Positions 46,909 through 61,030 of a stretch of 64,000 nucleotides of DNA are shown here, piece by piece (position 1 is the stretch's first letter; each line of letters starts with the position of its first letter). The stretch is taken from positions 2,852,001 to 2,916,000 of the forward strand of contig NC_089431.1 of the NCBI RefSeq assembly GCF_026210795.1, in the 5' to 3' direction. Position numbers and translations under genes: made by a program. Below the pieces are notes generated by a model. That model was given only the letters and a program-made list of their open reading frames with translations, made no database searches and was not told the DNA's origin. The stretch is from Rhizophagus irregularis (lineage: Eukaryota).

Positions 46909-48705
46909 GAGAAAATTTATTCCTCATTCCCATCACTGATTGGCCTGTTCAAGATTTACAATTACGTCACAACAATCAGTTATTTGTTTACATGTCCACT
47001 TACACATCCGGTAGTTTTTCTTTTTTTTAGGTTTTTTAGTTTTGTTTCGTGTCGAAGGTATGCAGATACCAGGTATTTCATTTTTTCATTTTTTTTTCTT
47101 TATGTTTTCATTTCTTCCTTGTTTCTAATTTCTTTATTAATTCTTTTAGGTTTTTAGAATCTTCCAGTTTCGCGGTCAAAGATTCATGTCAAAGGTATGC
47201 AAATATTAGATATTTCATTTTTTCATTTTTTTTCTTTTATGTTTTCATTTCTTTCTTGCCTCTAATTTCTTTATTATTTTCTTTTAGGTTTTTTAGAATC
47301 TCTCAGTTTTGTGGTCAAAGGTATATTTTTTTTTCATTTCTCTAATTTTCTTTTTCTTTTTCTGCTTTCATTTTATTTTTACTAACTTTATTTCATTTTT
47401 TCTTTATGGTTTGCCAGTTTGCTTCCATTCATTTTTACCCCTTTCTTTCTTTCCCTTTATTCCAGTTTTCTTTTTTATTTTTGTTCTTTTTTATTTTTGT
47501 TTTCCCTTTCATTTTCTCCTTTTATTTTATCTTTGTCTCTTTTATTTTTGTTTCTATAGATAAATCTGTCAAGCACCTTAAATATTCAAAAAAAATTTAC
47601 GCTACCAGACACTCAGAATTATCCATATCTGATTCCTATCTTCTCTTTAGCACGAAGGCGCATGAGCGTATAGCATGTTCAACGCATTCTTCTACAGTTG
47701 ATGCAGAATCCTCTTTTACTCTTACTTATCTTCTTTTTAGGTCTTTAGCTTTATATCCTTCTAATTTTACGATCAAGGTATATATATATTTTTTTCATTT
47801 ATTACTTTTCACTTCTTTTTATTTTTAGGGTTTATTCTAACTCTATTTCATTGTTTATTCTTGATCTTAATCTTTCCTTTCATTTTTTATAAATATTAGA
47901 CTTTTCAGCTTTTTTTTTTGCTTTAGTTCCTAAAATTTTTTTTTAGGTTGCTGATTCTTTTTAAAATAGGGTGAGTAATTGGTTTTATTTTTGTTGCTTT
48001 TTATTTTTTATTTGTTATTTCTTTGTCTTTATTACTAACAATCTTTCTTTTCTTTTTTTTTCACCTTTTCATTATTTTATTTTTGTTCCCTTTATTTTAT
48101 TTCATTCTCCTTTGTTTCATTTCCCTTCCTTTTCATTTTTCCCTTCTTAATTTCTCTTCTCTTTCATTTTTCGTATTTTCTTTTGTTTTTCTTTTATTTT
48201 TTTTTATTTTTCTCTCTTTTGTATTCCTTCTATTTTGTGTTCCCTTTTTCTTTCATTTTCTTTCATTTTTTTTTTCTTCAACCTTCTTCTCTTTCATTTA
48301 CCATTTCATTTTTATTTTGATACCTTTTTCTTTTATTTTTGTTTCTTTTCTCTTTTATCTTTATTATTCTTCATTATATTTTCTTCATCTTTTTATTTCC
48401 TAATTTTTTTTTATCATTAAAGTTTCTCTTTTTTTTACATTATTATTGTTACTAATTATGTCAAATAAATGATTATAAAGTTTTAATTTTAAATAACTGT
48501 TTTTATTCTTCTATTTAATAAAATAAAATTACAAATAAATTACATTATTTTATAAAATGTTTTTGTAAAAAAAACTATTATTACGCACAGAATTCTATTA
48601 ACCGTTAATTAAAATAATTAGCCAATCAAAATAAGCCAACCAAACAATTTCATCACGTGATAGGGTGAGTAATAATATTACTCACCTAGGGGAATAACTT
48701 CACCT
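46909..48705. mobile_element. Non-autonomous MULE-like element with a pyrimidine-rich interior
   Basis: Degenerate TIR GAGAAAATTTATTCCTC / GGGGAATAACTTCACCT with 9-bp flanks TTAATTTAT on both sides. Confidence 0.55.
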
Positions 48706-49079
48706 TTAATTTATTTAATATTCAATTTATATTTAAATTATTGTAAAATAATAAATTAGTAATTTATATAAAATAATGGAGTTTGTTTTTTATTACATCT
48801 GTATTATATCATATTCTTATAATATGTTATATATAAAAATCAAAAATGATATTCTAAATCCTTTCTAATATATTAAAAAAACTTGTAGAATGATTAAATA
48901 TATTATATATGTATAGTATAAGATTTTTTATAATACATAATAAGTGTATAAGATTTTATGTCAGGCTTTTTTAAAAATAGAAAATCTTAATAAAGTTATT
49001 AGATCAAAATAATTAATATATAAATTAATATAAATAATAATATATTATAGTACAGGGTGAGAGTAAGGATATTTACCAA

Positions 49080-49310
49080 AAACTATTTTTTTAAAATTTT
49101 AGTTTAGTCAAAATTCAATCTGAACCTATTTTTTATAATAAACTTAATTGCTGAAACTGTTTTTATGTTTTTTCAAAACTAATTACTATTTTTTAAAATT
49201 TTAAAAAAGTTTGTCAAAATTCAATCTGAACCTATTTTTTATAATAAACTTAATTGCTGAAACTGTTTTTATGTTTTTCAAAACTAATTACTATAATTTA
49301 AAAAAGTTTC
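49080..49310. repeat. ~110-125-bp tandem duplication
   Basis: GTCAAAATTCAATCTGAACCTATTTTTTATAATAAACTTAATTGCTGAAACTG..ACTAATTACTA occurs twice. Confidence 0.85.
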
Positions 49311-49957
49311 AGATTTACCAATTTTTTCATTAAAAATAAAGTTTTTGAGTTTCAGATTTTTGAATTTTATTATTAAATGAGTTTCAGGTAGCAACATTAG
49401 ATAAAAGTAATATTATTTATTTTAACATGGTTAATAGATGATTGATTAAAATTTTGCCATATAAGTAGCAAAATTTATAACTGATTATCCATTAATCTAT
49501 ATTAAAATAAGTGATATTACCTATATACTATAATATTATTATCATATAGTACTGATTATAATAGAAAATCTATTGTAACTTACCAGTAAAATCTATTTAA
49601 GTCATGATCTGTGAAAAATCGACACAAAATTACTATTAAATTTTGGGGTAAAAATTTGTCGATCATTTATTAAATAAAAATAACTGCTATCATTCGCAAT
49701 AAGGCAAGTATTACTAAAACAAATTCACAGCTCAACCAGATCACATGACAAGCTGCGCAATAATGTAAAATATGGTTTGACAAAAAAAATTTCATTTAAC
49801 CGACTTGACGAAAAATTTTTTCTTTGTAGCAGCTGTAGATTTTAAAGGTACACGTATATATAATACATAAATTTCACCTTTTCAATTTACGAATTTTTAA
49901 CATTTATTAAACATTATTTACATTTCTTTCTTTATAAGTACTTGCTACAAGTATTTA

Positions 49958-52900
49958 TTATGAATTTTCAGAGTCCATATTTTCTTCCAAAGTACGCAAA
50001 GCCATAGCCTCTTTCCATTTACGCGAAAAAGTTGAAATCCAGTTTGTTATTGTAGTTACTTTAGGTATGTCATTTTCTTCAATTTCTCCAAGTTCTGCAC
50101 GCTTTAAAAGTTCTTCATGCATCTGTTGTGCATTTAATTTTTGACGAGGATTTGCTGTTCCAGTATGGAACATTGATTCTAAAAGATACTTTACTTGGGG
50201 AGATATTCTTTTTACTGGTCCACGCTGACGAGTTTTTTCATTTTCTTTTAGAGCCCATCCACTGGTAAACATTTGTTGACTACGCAAAAAAAAATAAATA
50301 AATAATACAATCAACAAATAAAGATGTGATTGTTTAATATTTATACCTTTTGGTTTCCAATGATCTATTGTTTTCCAGGTTAGTCAGATCAGAAAGTATT
50401 TGGTTCACATATTCTTGGCGCTTATTATTGGTAATACAAATACATAATAGCAAATAGGATTATAATAAAGAATATAACGAAAATTCTAGAATTGAATATC
50501 ACCTACCGATTCACTCGTGTTGGATCTTGTTTGTCTAACAAGCAAATACGTTACTTTTATTTAGGAATAATATGGAAACAGGTAAACTCACTTTCTTTAT
50601 TTAAAATTGGTATATTCCATTGCTTAATTGATTGTGTATGAGATGTAAAAGTAGGATTTGGTTTTTCAATTTTTCGCTTTTTAACAATCTTTTCTATTTT
50701 TTCAAGTGACCATTCTTTCCACTCTCCAATTCCTGGTAGTGCACGTGCATGAATATATCCTACTTTTTCTTCGTCCGTGGGCCAAGTCCATTCTTGCAGG
50801 TTGGATATTCCCGTAATTGTGTCCAATTTTGCTTTATCTAAATTGAAAATAAATATTAGATTTATTTCAAGTTTTACAGCTTGCTAATTAGAACTACAAT
50901 TTACCATTATCTCTGTTAGGATTCAAATTAGAAACTTGGACGCCTGCTATACCTTTTACTGCTAATTCGATATCATCTCCAGAAATAACATCATATCCAA
51001 GCTTTACGTATCTTTTCATTGCTTGAGAAACCTTATTATTATCAATGAATTGATCAATCACTCAATCAGTATTATCTTTGACTTTCAATATAATAATATA
51101 GCAGAATGCACCTGTGCATGATGTGAATCAATCGAAGTTTTGGCTTCTCCTGCTTCAAGAAAGATCCATTTGCAAGGAATTATATTATACCACTCCTTCC
51201 AATGTGCAATAATCAACATTAACTCTGTACAGTGGTAATGCATGCCATTATCTGACATTATTGTTACCCATTTGGGTTTTGGATTCAATGTTTCAATTAC
51301 AGTATGGAGGGAAGATGCAGTAAACCATGCATCTTGGCGCGTATCGTTAGACCAGTGATCAAATACTTGAACATCCAGTTGATTTTGTTCCATATTTTTG
51401 GTATATACAAGTACAGAATGAAAACTTCAACCACGTTTTCCAAAAAACTCTGTTTTGGTCTCACGTGCACTTTGAGGTAATATTCTTATTTTGTAATTTA
51501 CAATCATTACAGTACCTTCTTCATCCAATTTTTCTAAATTTGTTCGTACATGAATATTCAAGTATATTTTACGGGCATGATGTGCCATCCATGCTATGAG
51601 TTTTTGCTGATATTCATCAAGAATTTCAAAATACTCTTCACTTATTGCTGCTTTTAATTCTTCAAAAAAACTAAAAATACTTTCACATTTTGAACAGGTA
51701 ACTGGATGATTAAGATTACAGTCTCTAAAGGCATGTCGTATACAATGACTAATACAGGAATTATGAACTGCGATACCAGCTGCTGTAACCTCCAGTTCTT
51801 TTGAATATTCTCGACGTATGTATCGACACAATTCTTGTAATTTTGTTAATAAACGTTTCTAATAAGATAAAATATATTAGAATTCATACTTGCAAATTTT
51901 AATAAAATTTATTTTTATTTTCAGAGGTTCATCCATAACATGGGCAGAAATAATTACTCCAATATCTCCAAATACCATATAACCACAGTCATTACATGTA
52001 GAACATAATCCACCTAAATTTTCTCGGTACACATATTGACCACCTTCAAGACATATCATAAAAGATGTATGACGCATACCATTAGGATACTCTTCTGCAA
52101 ATCTTTCCCATAATGCTTTTTTCGTGTCTTGTAAGTATTTGATTGGTTTTCCTGATTTTGCATCAGTTTTGTATGAACTCATATTGACAAATTCTTTATC
52201 ATTTAAAAATCTGTCAATTTGTTCAAGCATTTCAGGTGTAAACCTTCTTCGGCAAATTATTGGTTTTACAAGTAGGGGTATCCATAACCATTGATACGTG
52301 CATGCTTGCGAGATTCTACAATAGTATGCGAACCAACCTGTATATATTTATTATAAAAACAATATAAAATTTTACATTATTGTATCAGTAATAATTTTTT
52401 GCAAATTTTTCATTGTCTTTTTTACGTCTAGTTTATTTACATAATTTTAAAAATAAAAGAATAAATAATTCAAGAACGTGTACATTAAAATTTTACATAT
52501 AAAGCAAAACTATAAAATATTACATTCAAATTTTGTTTTAGTTCTCCATAGGTAAACTCATTGGAAATTATAGAAAGTATACGTCTTTTTCCATCAGGAG
52601 TTTTTTTGTTGTTAGCAAGTGTGCACGTTCAAAACACATCCAAAATGTATGTGTTGCGTTTGGCATATTCTTTGGAATACTAGTAAGAAAACCACTTTTA
52701 TATAAAGCAGCAAATGCTACCTTGTCTGCTTTTTCATTTGGTGATTTTGTCCATAATTGACGCTAATAAAAAAATATTTATTTTAGTGTTTGAAGATAAA
52801 AAAAATAACAATAAAAATATCACAAATTTACTGACCTTTGATTCTTCAGATAACCAAGGAGTTATATTTGTTGCACCAACTGCTTTTAGCATGGTTTGCC

Positions 52901-53822
52901 ACGCACTTAATTCACGTTCACTAAATTCATATCCTTTTGGATATATAGCATGCAAAGCAGGTTCTAATTCAATTATTGGATTTTCAGTTTTAACCCAACT
53001 TGTAAAAAAATATTTCCAATTAGCATTTGCCAGAGTTCTTCTTTTTACATGATAATCAAATAACCTTTCTAAAATATATTCATCATTTCAGTCATTAAGA
53101 GTGCATTGAGTTCGATGCTGCTGAATTAGATTTTTTGTAATTGGATTATCGAAGACCATAAAGTTGTGTGCCGGTAAATTTTTTCAGTTGTCCTGTTTTT
53201 TCCCACACTTCATCTGGCGTTGCGCCTTTAAATTATTTTATTAAAGCAGATTCTCGGTAAATTTCAACAATGCATTTTTTTTTCTCAATCCATGATACAA
53301 AAATTGACTGCTTTCTTTCATACATATGAAGAAGGGATGATTGAAAACCTGAACCTGCATAACGCCATTTTTCGCGTGAAGAAGTCCCTATACCATAAAT
53401 AAAAATTATACAATTTTCTACATTAACAGTAACGGGAATATGTTGAATATCTTGTTTTAAAGTTTTAAGGATATTTTTGTCATTCCAACCCATTGCTTGA
53501 TACCCTGAATAGCGTGTTGAAGTATTGAAACAGTTTTTATAAGCTGTAGAAATAGCCTTTATATACTTGGCTCTGTAACAACATGTAAACCACTTTGACA
53601 ACAATACATTGGCATTAATTTGTTATTACCAGAACCAGTTTGTATAGTTAAAATGAAATCTACTTTGTTAAGACAAACTTTAGTCTGTTGTCCCAGCCTA
53701 ATCGGAAATAAAGTTTCATTTTCGTTTGAAATTATCCACCAATAAAAAGAATAAGGTCCATAGTGAAGTTCAGGAACTATAGTTCCTGGTTTTATTAAAG
53801 TAACGCGTAAAGTTGGAGCCAT
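49958..53822 (-). pseudogene. Multi-exon Sola3-like DDD transposase, degenerate
   Basis: Motifs IV(N)YKIRILPQSARETKTEFFGKRG*SFH, IMSDNGMHY and FLEAGEAKTSIDSHH, with Cys clusters GLCSTCNDC and CISHC..C..H..CSKC. The first catalytic Asp reads Asn and a Trp codon has become TGA. Confidence 0.7.
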
Positions 53823-56548
53823 TATGACAGTTTTTAAAGGTTGTCAACGAGAGATTTAAATTTATTACAACTGGTTATAATGTATCTTATCCCCAAATTT
53901 ACTATACACAACTCATATGATCTGATGCCGATCATTCGCGGATCACGACTTAAATTAAATAATAAAAATTCTTTTTCATTTATTTCTCTGTTTTTGAAAA
54001 TGCTATATCAAAAAAAAATATTTTCTTTATTTTCTTATTGTTGCTTTATATTAAAAAATTTTTATTATAACATATTTTAGTATTTATAAGATAAAAAAAT
54101 ATTTATTTATATTACTTCAATAAATCAAGAAATATAAGCTATGTGTATAACGTGTTAAATCAACAAACAATTATATTTGATACTATAAATAAACTTTAGT
54201 CAATATACTATAAAAAATATCTAAAATTAAAATATGTTATAGTCATATATAACCATACATATCCGCCAATTCATGGAATTAGCCAAAATTAAGATTTTTA
54301 TAAAGATTTGTACATTTTAACAAAAATTATGTTTCACAAGCTTAAATTATATGTTTTACATAATCAGATGATCTAAATCTATCAAAAAATAAAAAAAAAT
54401 TTTTAACATTTATTCAAAAATAACAATAGCAACTACTTTCTTTTTAAATCACTTTTCAATCACTTTTTAATCAGATTTTTATTAGGTGACTTAGAAAAGT
54501 TTATAGGCATATATAGCAGGTTTTTTTTAATCAGTAAGTAAGAAAAAATATTAATAATTTATATTAATAAGAAAAATCTTTTTTCATTTATTTTTAACCT
54601 TAGTTCCTTCTTTTTTTTAATAAAAATATACAAAATAAAAATGTGAGTTATAATTTAGAGTTTTTGAGATGTTTTTTTTTTGTTTTTTACTATACTGATT
54701 TTATTCTACTTGTTAATTACTTTTTAAAATTGATTTTATTAATTTATTCAATTTAAAACAGAAATAGCAAATAAAACCTTGTTAAGTAAAGTAAAAAGAG
54801 CTCAATAATACCTGTAAAGATCATCTTTTGGTAAAAATTATAATTTTAAAAATTTTTGTGTCAGAGTTTTATTCAATTAACAAAATCGTTAATATCTCGG
54901 CGTACATGCATGCTAAACACATATATTTATATTCATATGAAAGCCCAGAACCTACTCTACCTGAACGAAAAAAGATCATTCAGATCGAATTACTAGATGT
55001 GAAGATATTAATGATCAAAGTCAAAAGTTAAAAATAAATATATTGAACGTAATTATTCAGCAATTTGTGATTCAATTCATGCGATATTTGGTTTATGGAT
55101 AGCTCTTGATTACCTCTTTCTAATGAATATAAATTCATTTGTCTAGCATACATACACGTTAAGTTATTCAATATTTTGTCATGACAATTATATTTAAATT
55201 TTTTAATTTTAATGATATTATTAAAAAAAATCAAAAAATAATATAATTAAATCAATTTTATTTATGTCAGCTGGTGTGAATCTATCATTTTCATGTAACT
55301 TGTATTTTGCATTTGCTTAATAAAGTTAGTTTTTTGAATATAAAAACTTAATTCTATAAATCAGCCCATATGATAATAATAAATAATATTTAACAGTATT
55401 ATCGCCATTTTCAATTTGGTTGAAACTGTGGCTTGTCGATCAATTATAATAAAAAGACTGAAAACTCGTAATTTTGTGAAACTGTACTAATAAAGCATCA
55501 CGTTTCACATATGAACATATAAAATATTTTGATTGACGCATCATGCTAAGCCACTCCTGTATTATTTTTATTGTTTTTTTTTTATTTTCATAATGTTTTA
55601 ATGGGAGATTACTAGCGATTCAACTCCAATTAAATATATTAAATGGGAGTATAATAGCAGTCCCTCCCTGAAAACTGTAACTTCACACTAAATATTATTG
55701 TTTTTTTTTTTATTTAACTGGAGTATTTAACTGAAAATACTTATTAAATAATAATAAAGTACTTGCCAGTATTTTAGATTGCAAAGTTTAACATTATTTT
55801 AAAGGTAAACTAAGTTTATTATTATTATATTGGTAATATTAGCAAGTAATAATTACTGATTTTTATTTTTATTCATTTTATTATAGACCTTGTTGGATAA
55901 ACAAGATATTTTTATATACAGCTAGAGATAAATATTTATATCTATAGATAAATGTGGTAGTGCTTTTAAGTTAGGACAATTTTTGGATTATGATTAGAAA
56001 AAGATTTGTTTCTTTCAAAAATTAAAAAATCATTTAAATTACAAATTAACAGAAAACTAAGATTTTGATTTTTTTTTTAAAAAAAAATCATTATAATTAT
56101 ATAAACTTTAAATCTTTAAATAAAAAATTATTCAAATCAAATTACAGATAATCGAAATATTATAAAGTAGTAATTATTGTTTTTAAATGGTTGGTGAAAT
56201 TTTCTAATTATTGTAAGGTTGCAAAAGGCATAATATTAAAATTTTTTTTTTTGAACGTTTAAATGCAAAAAATAATTTTTTTATTCAGTAAATTATTATG
56301 TGTTTAAATTTCATTGGCTGATCATTGTTGATCAACATGTGACATAAGTGTTTTCAGTATTTTATTATTTTTATTTATAATTTAATCAGTTTCAACTAAA
56401 TCGAAAATAGCGATAAAATAATAAATAATTTTTTAATATTTATGATTTCTTAAGGATATATTATAAATAAAATAATTAAAATTCTAAATATTTCTAATTT
56501 TGGTTTTATTTTAGCTTTTTTTAATTGATTAAAATTGTTTTTATACAA

Positions 56549-56800
56549 TAATTTGTTATTATTTAGTAATTAAAAAAAAATGATATATACTATAACTCAT
56601 TAGAATCCTTTTATTAAAAGTTTTTGAATAATATCAAAATTTTTTTTAATATTAATAAATAGCAAATTGCTGTAACATTATTTATTAATATTAAAATAAT
56701 AATTTTAATATTATTTGAAAGTCCTTAATAAAAGAATTCTAATGAATTATAGTATAAATTATTTTTTTATAATTATACCAGTTAAATAATAACAAATTGG
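56549..56800. repeat. Fold-back inverted repeat with ~120-bp arms
   Basis: AATTTGTTATTATTTA..TATACTATAACTCATTAGAATCCTTTTATTAA..AATATTAATAAATA is mirrored by TATTTATTAATATT..TTAATAAAAGAATTCTAATGAATTATAGTATA..TAAATAATAACAAATT. Confidence 0.75.
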
Positions 56801-57220
56801 AAATCAATTAAATATCTGAATAATATTAGAGTGATATTTCTAATTTGTTATCATTAGTAAATATTCAGCATTTATTAAATGACTTTAGACATTTAAATTC
56901 TCTTTTAGAAGATACTTTTTAGTTTTTAATTATTATTTAGTATACAATTCAATATGCTCAAATAATATATAAATGTATATACTAATTGATAATAAATTAA
57001 TTATTTATTAAATACTTACTGGTCAAATATTTACTATTTGATATATTAATATACTAATTAATAACTTTTTGATTAAATACTAATATACCAATTGATAACT
57101 TTTCAATTAATTTATAATAAGAAGAAATCTTCTGATTGCTATACATCTTTATTTAAAATATTATAAAATTAAAAATATTAATAATAAAAATTATTTATAT
57201 TATTTAATAATTTCATATAT

Positions 57221-57380
57221 AGGCTCTGTAATAAAAAGAGGGAAAACTACCTAAAAAATTTAATTTATATTTATATACTAAAAATACTCCAAATATTATA
57301 ATTTGTTCAAAATTAATATTTAATATTAACTAAAAAAATTTTTTTTTAGCAGTTTTTTCTCTTTCTATTGCAAAGAGCCT
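57221..57380. mobile_element. MITE, same family as 29954-30108
   Basis: AGGCTCTGTAATAAAAAGAG / CTCTTTCTATTGCAAAGAGCCT in ATATAT flanks. Confidence 0.7.
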
Positions 57381-57439
57381 ATATATTTACTAATACTATT
57401 ATTATATTCTTATACTTTTGAAACTTTTCTAAAATTTGG

Positions 57440-59030
57440 TAAAAAAAGTTTTGAAATAAAATTTTTTAAAACTTGCCATTACTGATTCAAATTCAAAAAA
57501 ACTAATAATACCTAAAAAAACAAAGAAAAAAAAAATTAAATATTTTTTTAATTAAAAAAAGTTTTAAAATAAAACTTTTTTAAATTTGTTATTACTGATG
57601 ATTCAAATTCAAAAAACTGATAATATTTAAAAAATAAAGAAAAAAAATTTAAATATTTTTTTAATTAAAAAAATTTCAAAATAAAACTTTTTAAACTTAT
57701 TATCATTAATCTAAATCTAAAGATCAGAACTAATAATACCTAAAAAAACAGAGAAAAAAAATTAAATATAATATTTTTTTTAAAAAAAAAAATATTAAAA
57801 GTTTCAAAATTTTTAAAACATACAGATTTAAAATTTATATTGAAATCTAAGATTATTTCTAAAAAAAATTGAAAATAGAATTAGTTATATTTACTAATAT
57901 TTCAATTTATCCTTTTTTTAAATATATACTTTTTAAGGTATTTTGTTAATCCTAAAATATTTTAAGGATTCTATAATAAAAAAAAAAGAAAATGGAATAT
58001 TAGTAAATGAAACTAATGTCTATAATTTAAAAAAAAAATAACTCTTTTTTTTTATTACCTTTTGAGACATTTTATTATTTCTAAAATATTTTAAGAGTCC
58101 TATAATAAAAAAAAATAGAATAATAGTAAATAATACTAATATTCATAATTTAAAAAAAAACACCTCTCTTTATTTATCTTTTGAGATGTTTTATTAGTTT
58201 TAAAATAATTTAAAAGTCCAATATAATGAATAATATATAAATTAATTTGATACAAATTAAATTACAAAAATTGCAATAATAATCGATTTAAATACCTTCT
58301 GTTTTACTATTATCACCTTTTAGGCATTTTTCTACAATGAACCAATTACTTATAATTCAAGCAATGCATTATTTGACTGGAAAAGTCTTGGATTAATATT
58401 ACTATATTAAATAGCTGTAATGATTAAGCCTTTATAAAAACAAAAGAAAAAAAAAGGTTTAAAAGAGCATAATTAGATTTATACAGAATAATTGCCAAAA
58501 ATTTAGAAATTGGCAAATTTTCTGTTTCATATATTATAAAACATTTTTATAAATATGATTATATGAAAGATCTTTCTTCACTTACAGAATGATCATAGCT
58601 TTTGATTACTAATGATGTAAAATCTGGTATTTTAATCTCAAATGGAATTATAGTTAAATTTCCCTCTAATTAAAGATTTATTGCAAAAGTATTTTTTTTT
58701 TTTTACATTTAACTAGGAGAATTTAAATTTTGACATTATCTTATTATAAAAATCCTAAATTTAAAATTATTTAAAATCAACTGTATACTAAAAATTGTAA
58801 AATCTATATATTTTATAGTAATTTTTGATTATAAAAAAAAGAAAATGGAATGTTAGTAAATAACATTAGCATCCATAATTTAAAAGAAATCGCCTCTCTT
58901 TATTTACTTTTCAAGATGTTTTATCAATTTCAAAATATCTTAAAAGTCTTATAATAAAAAAAAAGAAAATGGAATATTAGTAAATGATACTAACATTCAT
59001 AATTTAAAAAAATTTTCCCTCCCTTTTTTA
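57440..59030. repeat. Degenerate 120-130-bp tandem repeats (two families)
   Basis: About three copies of AATAAAACTTTTTAAA..TGATTCAAATTCAAAAAACT at 57440-57780. TATAATAAAAAAAAAGAAAATGGAAT..TTAGTAAAT units occur at 57970-58220 and 58830-59030. Confidence 0.7.
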
Positions 59031-59112
59031 TTTTTTTTTTAAGAATTTCATTAGCTGTTTATTATTCATATATGGATTAAAAATTTGAAACATTATTGAG
59101 TATAAGTTTCTT

Positions 59113-59253
59113 GGTATTGGGACATTTCACCAAAAGCCATTTGCTGAAAAATAATCTCTGGCCTGAGTTATTTATAATTCTGCATAATGTTGTCCCTATT
59201 TTTTGCAAAATATCCTTTCAGTAAAATGGCTTTCAGCAAAATATACCATAACC
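59113..59253. mobile_element. MULE-type MITE
   Basis: GGT..CATTTCACCAAAAGCCATTTGCTGAAA is mirrored at the right end, with a perfect 9-bp TSD AAGTTTCTT. Confidence 0.8.
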
Positions 59254-60523
59254 AAGTTTCTTACACTATATATTAAAATAATTTGATTTAATAAATATTT
59301 TAATTTAATTGCTATTTTTTAAAATTAAATATATATAAATATATTGCACTGAAATTTTTATATAAATCTGAATTATATTAATTTAATATTTTGGTTTTAG
59401 ATTTTTTTGGTTTTAATATACTGATATTACCTATATAATATATATTCAAAAGTTTTCAAATAATTATTTTTTATAATTTGTATTGAAATTTATGTTAAAA
59501 AAAATAATAGAATTTTAAATATCAATTAGCTAATTAGCTTTTTGTAAAAAATTTTCTTTATTTTTATTATACTTTTGATAATAATAAAAACCAATTTTTT
59601 TTATAAAACAAATGTATATTTTTAACAGAATACTATTGAGTATAAATTCAATTGTTATTACATTATGAACAAATAATTAATAATTAGTTTTAACCAAAAA
59701 ATTGAAAATTTTATCCAAAAACAAAAATTTCTAAATCAAAATAAATAAAGTCACTTACCACTTTATTTGAAGAAACATTTACCATGATTTACGAGGTTGC
59801 CAAATATTTTTCTATAATTTGCTGATAGATCGCACTTTGGAAAATGTACAATTTTTACTTTTTTAATCCGATTTTTATTAAGTTTTTAAAAATAAGCTTA
59901 AAAACTTTTTATTCGGTTAGAATCACCAAAACGAACCTGAAAAATACTGTATATTTCGGCCAGAATTAAAGATCTTAGAGTGACGGACAATCAATTTAAA
60001 AAGAACTTGATATTATATAACAGAAAGAAAGAATTCACAGAACTTAATATACTACTAAGAGCAACGTATCACTCTTTTGGTTCTTAATCTATATTATTGC
60101 ACGTAACTTCTAATTGTAATGTTTAAATATCAACGATTTAGTTCATAATGCTGTCAATTAATTTATTTTTTAATAGACGAGTACATTAAATAAATATGAA
60201 AACTTCTAAACTTATTTTTGTAAATTCTTAGATAATCTAAAAATCTATTTTTTTTCTATATTTTACTCATTAATACCTATATATTTTTTCAAAGCTTCAT
60301 TAACTATATTTTCGGCACTTTGAAAACTTTCTTCCATATATTTAGCAAAAGAAAACTTTTGTTTGGGTATTGAAATTGATAAAGGACTTTTTATTTTATT
60401 CGTAATCGGTTCAGAATATGGATTTATTTCAACTTTAATATTTGCTATTGCGCTAAAATTTTTTTTAGAATAAAATTAATAAAATTATGATCAACTTGTT
60501 AACATACAAGTAATGCCAAAGAA

Positions 60524-61030
60524 TTACCTTGTGGCCATTGTAGCACAAACAGAAAACGAAGCTAAAGGCTTAGTCTTGTCTTTACCGTCTTTGTTATTTT
60601 TGTCATTTTTTTCATTTTTATCGTCTTTATTGTCTTGTTCATTTTCATCGTCTTGTTCATTTTCATCGTCTTGTTCATTTTCATCGTCTTGCTCATTTTC
60701 ATCGTCTTGTTCATTTTCATCGCCTTGCTCATTAACATCGTCTTGGTCACTTTCATTGTGTTGTTCATTTTCATTATCATTTTCATTTTTATTGTCTTTG
60801 TCGTTCTTGTCGTCTTTATCGGTTTTGCCATCTTTATCGTTTTTAACAATTATACCATCTTCAACTTCAGGACATATATGTATAGAAATTGAATTGCCAG
60901 CTCTAACTTCACTTTTCATTAGCATATTGTATAATTTTTTCCTTTCTGATTTGTTTCGTGGAAAATCTGGTGAATCTGGTACATGCGCTATGTGAATAAA
61001 ATATGTATTATCTCCCATTAATGGAACCTA
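60524..61030 (-). CDS. Exon of a spliced hypothetical gene with an 18-bp DDENEQ repeat
   Basis: Open frame with about 5 DDENEQ units and DK(N/D) repeats. Splice-like ends (acceptor near 61029, donor near 60527). Further coding-like segments lie on both sides (about 59750-61900). Confidence 0.5.

Noticed and set aside
47049..48420. Phe-rich ORFs resembling membrane proteins
   Set aside because: Artefacts of T-rich low-complexity sequence that lacks stop codons.
49051..49075. TA-CAGGGTG Tc1/mariner-like left end
   Set aside because: I found no matching CACCCTG-TA right end, and the nearby transposase is not Tc1-like.
60513..60995. Ser/Cys/Phe-rich + strand ORF and other overlapping frames
   Set aside because: Shadows of the 18-bp DDENEQ repeat.
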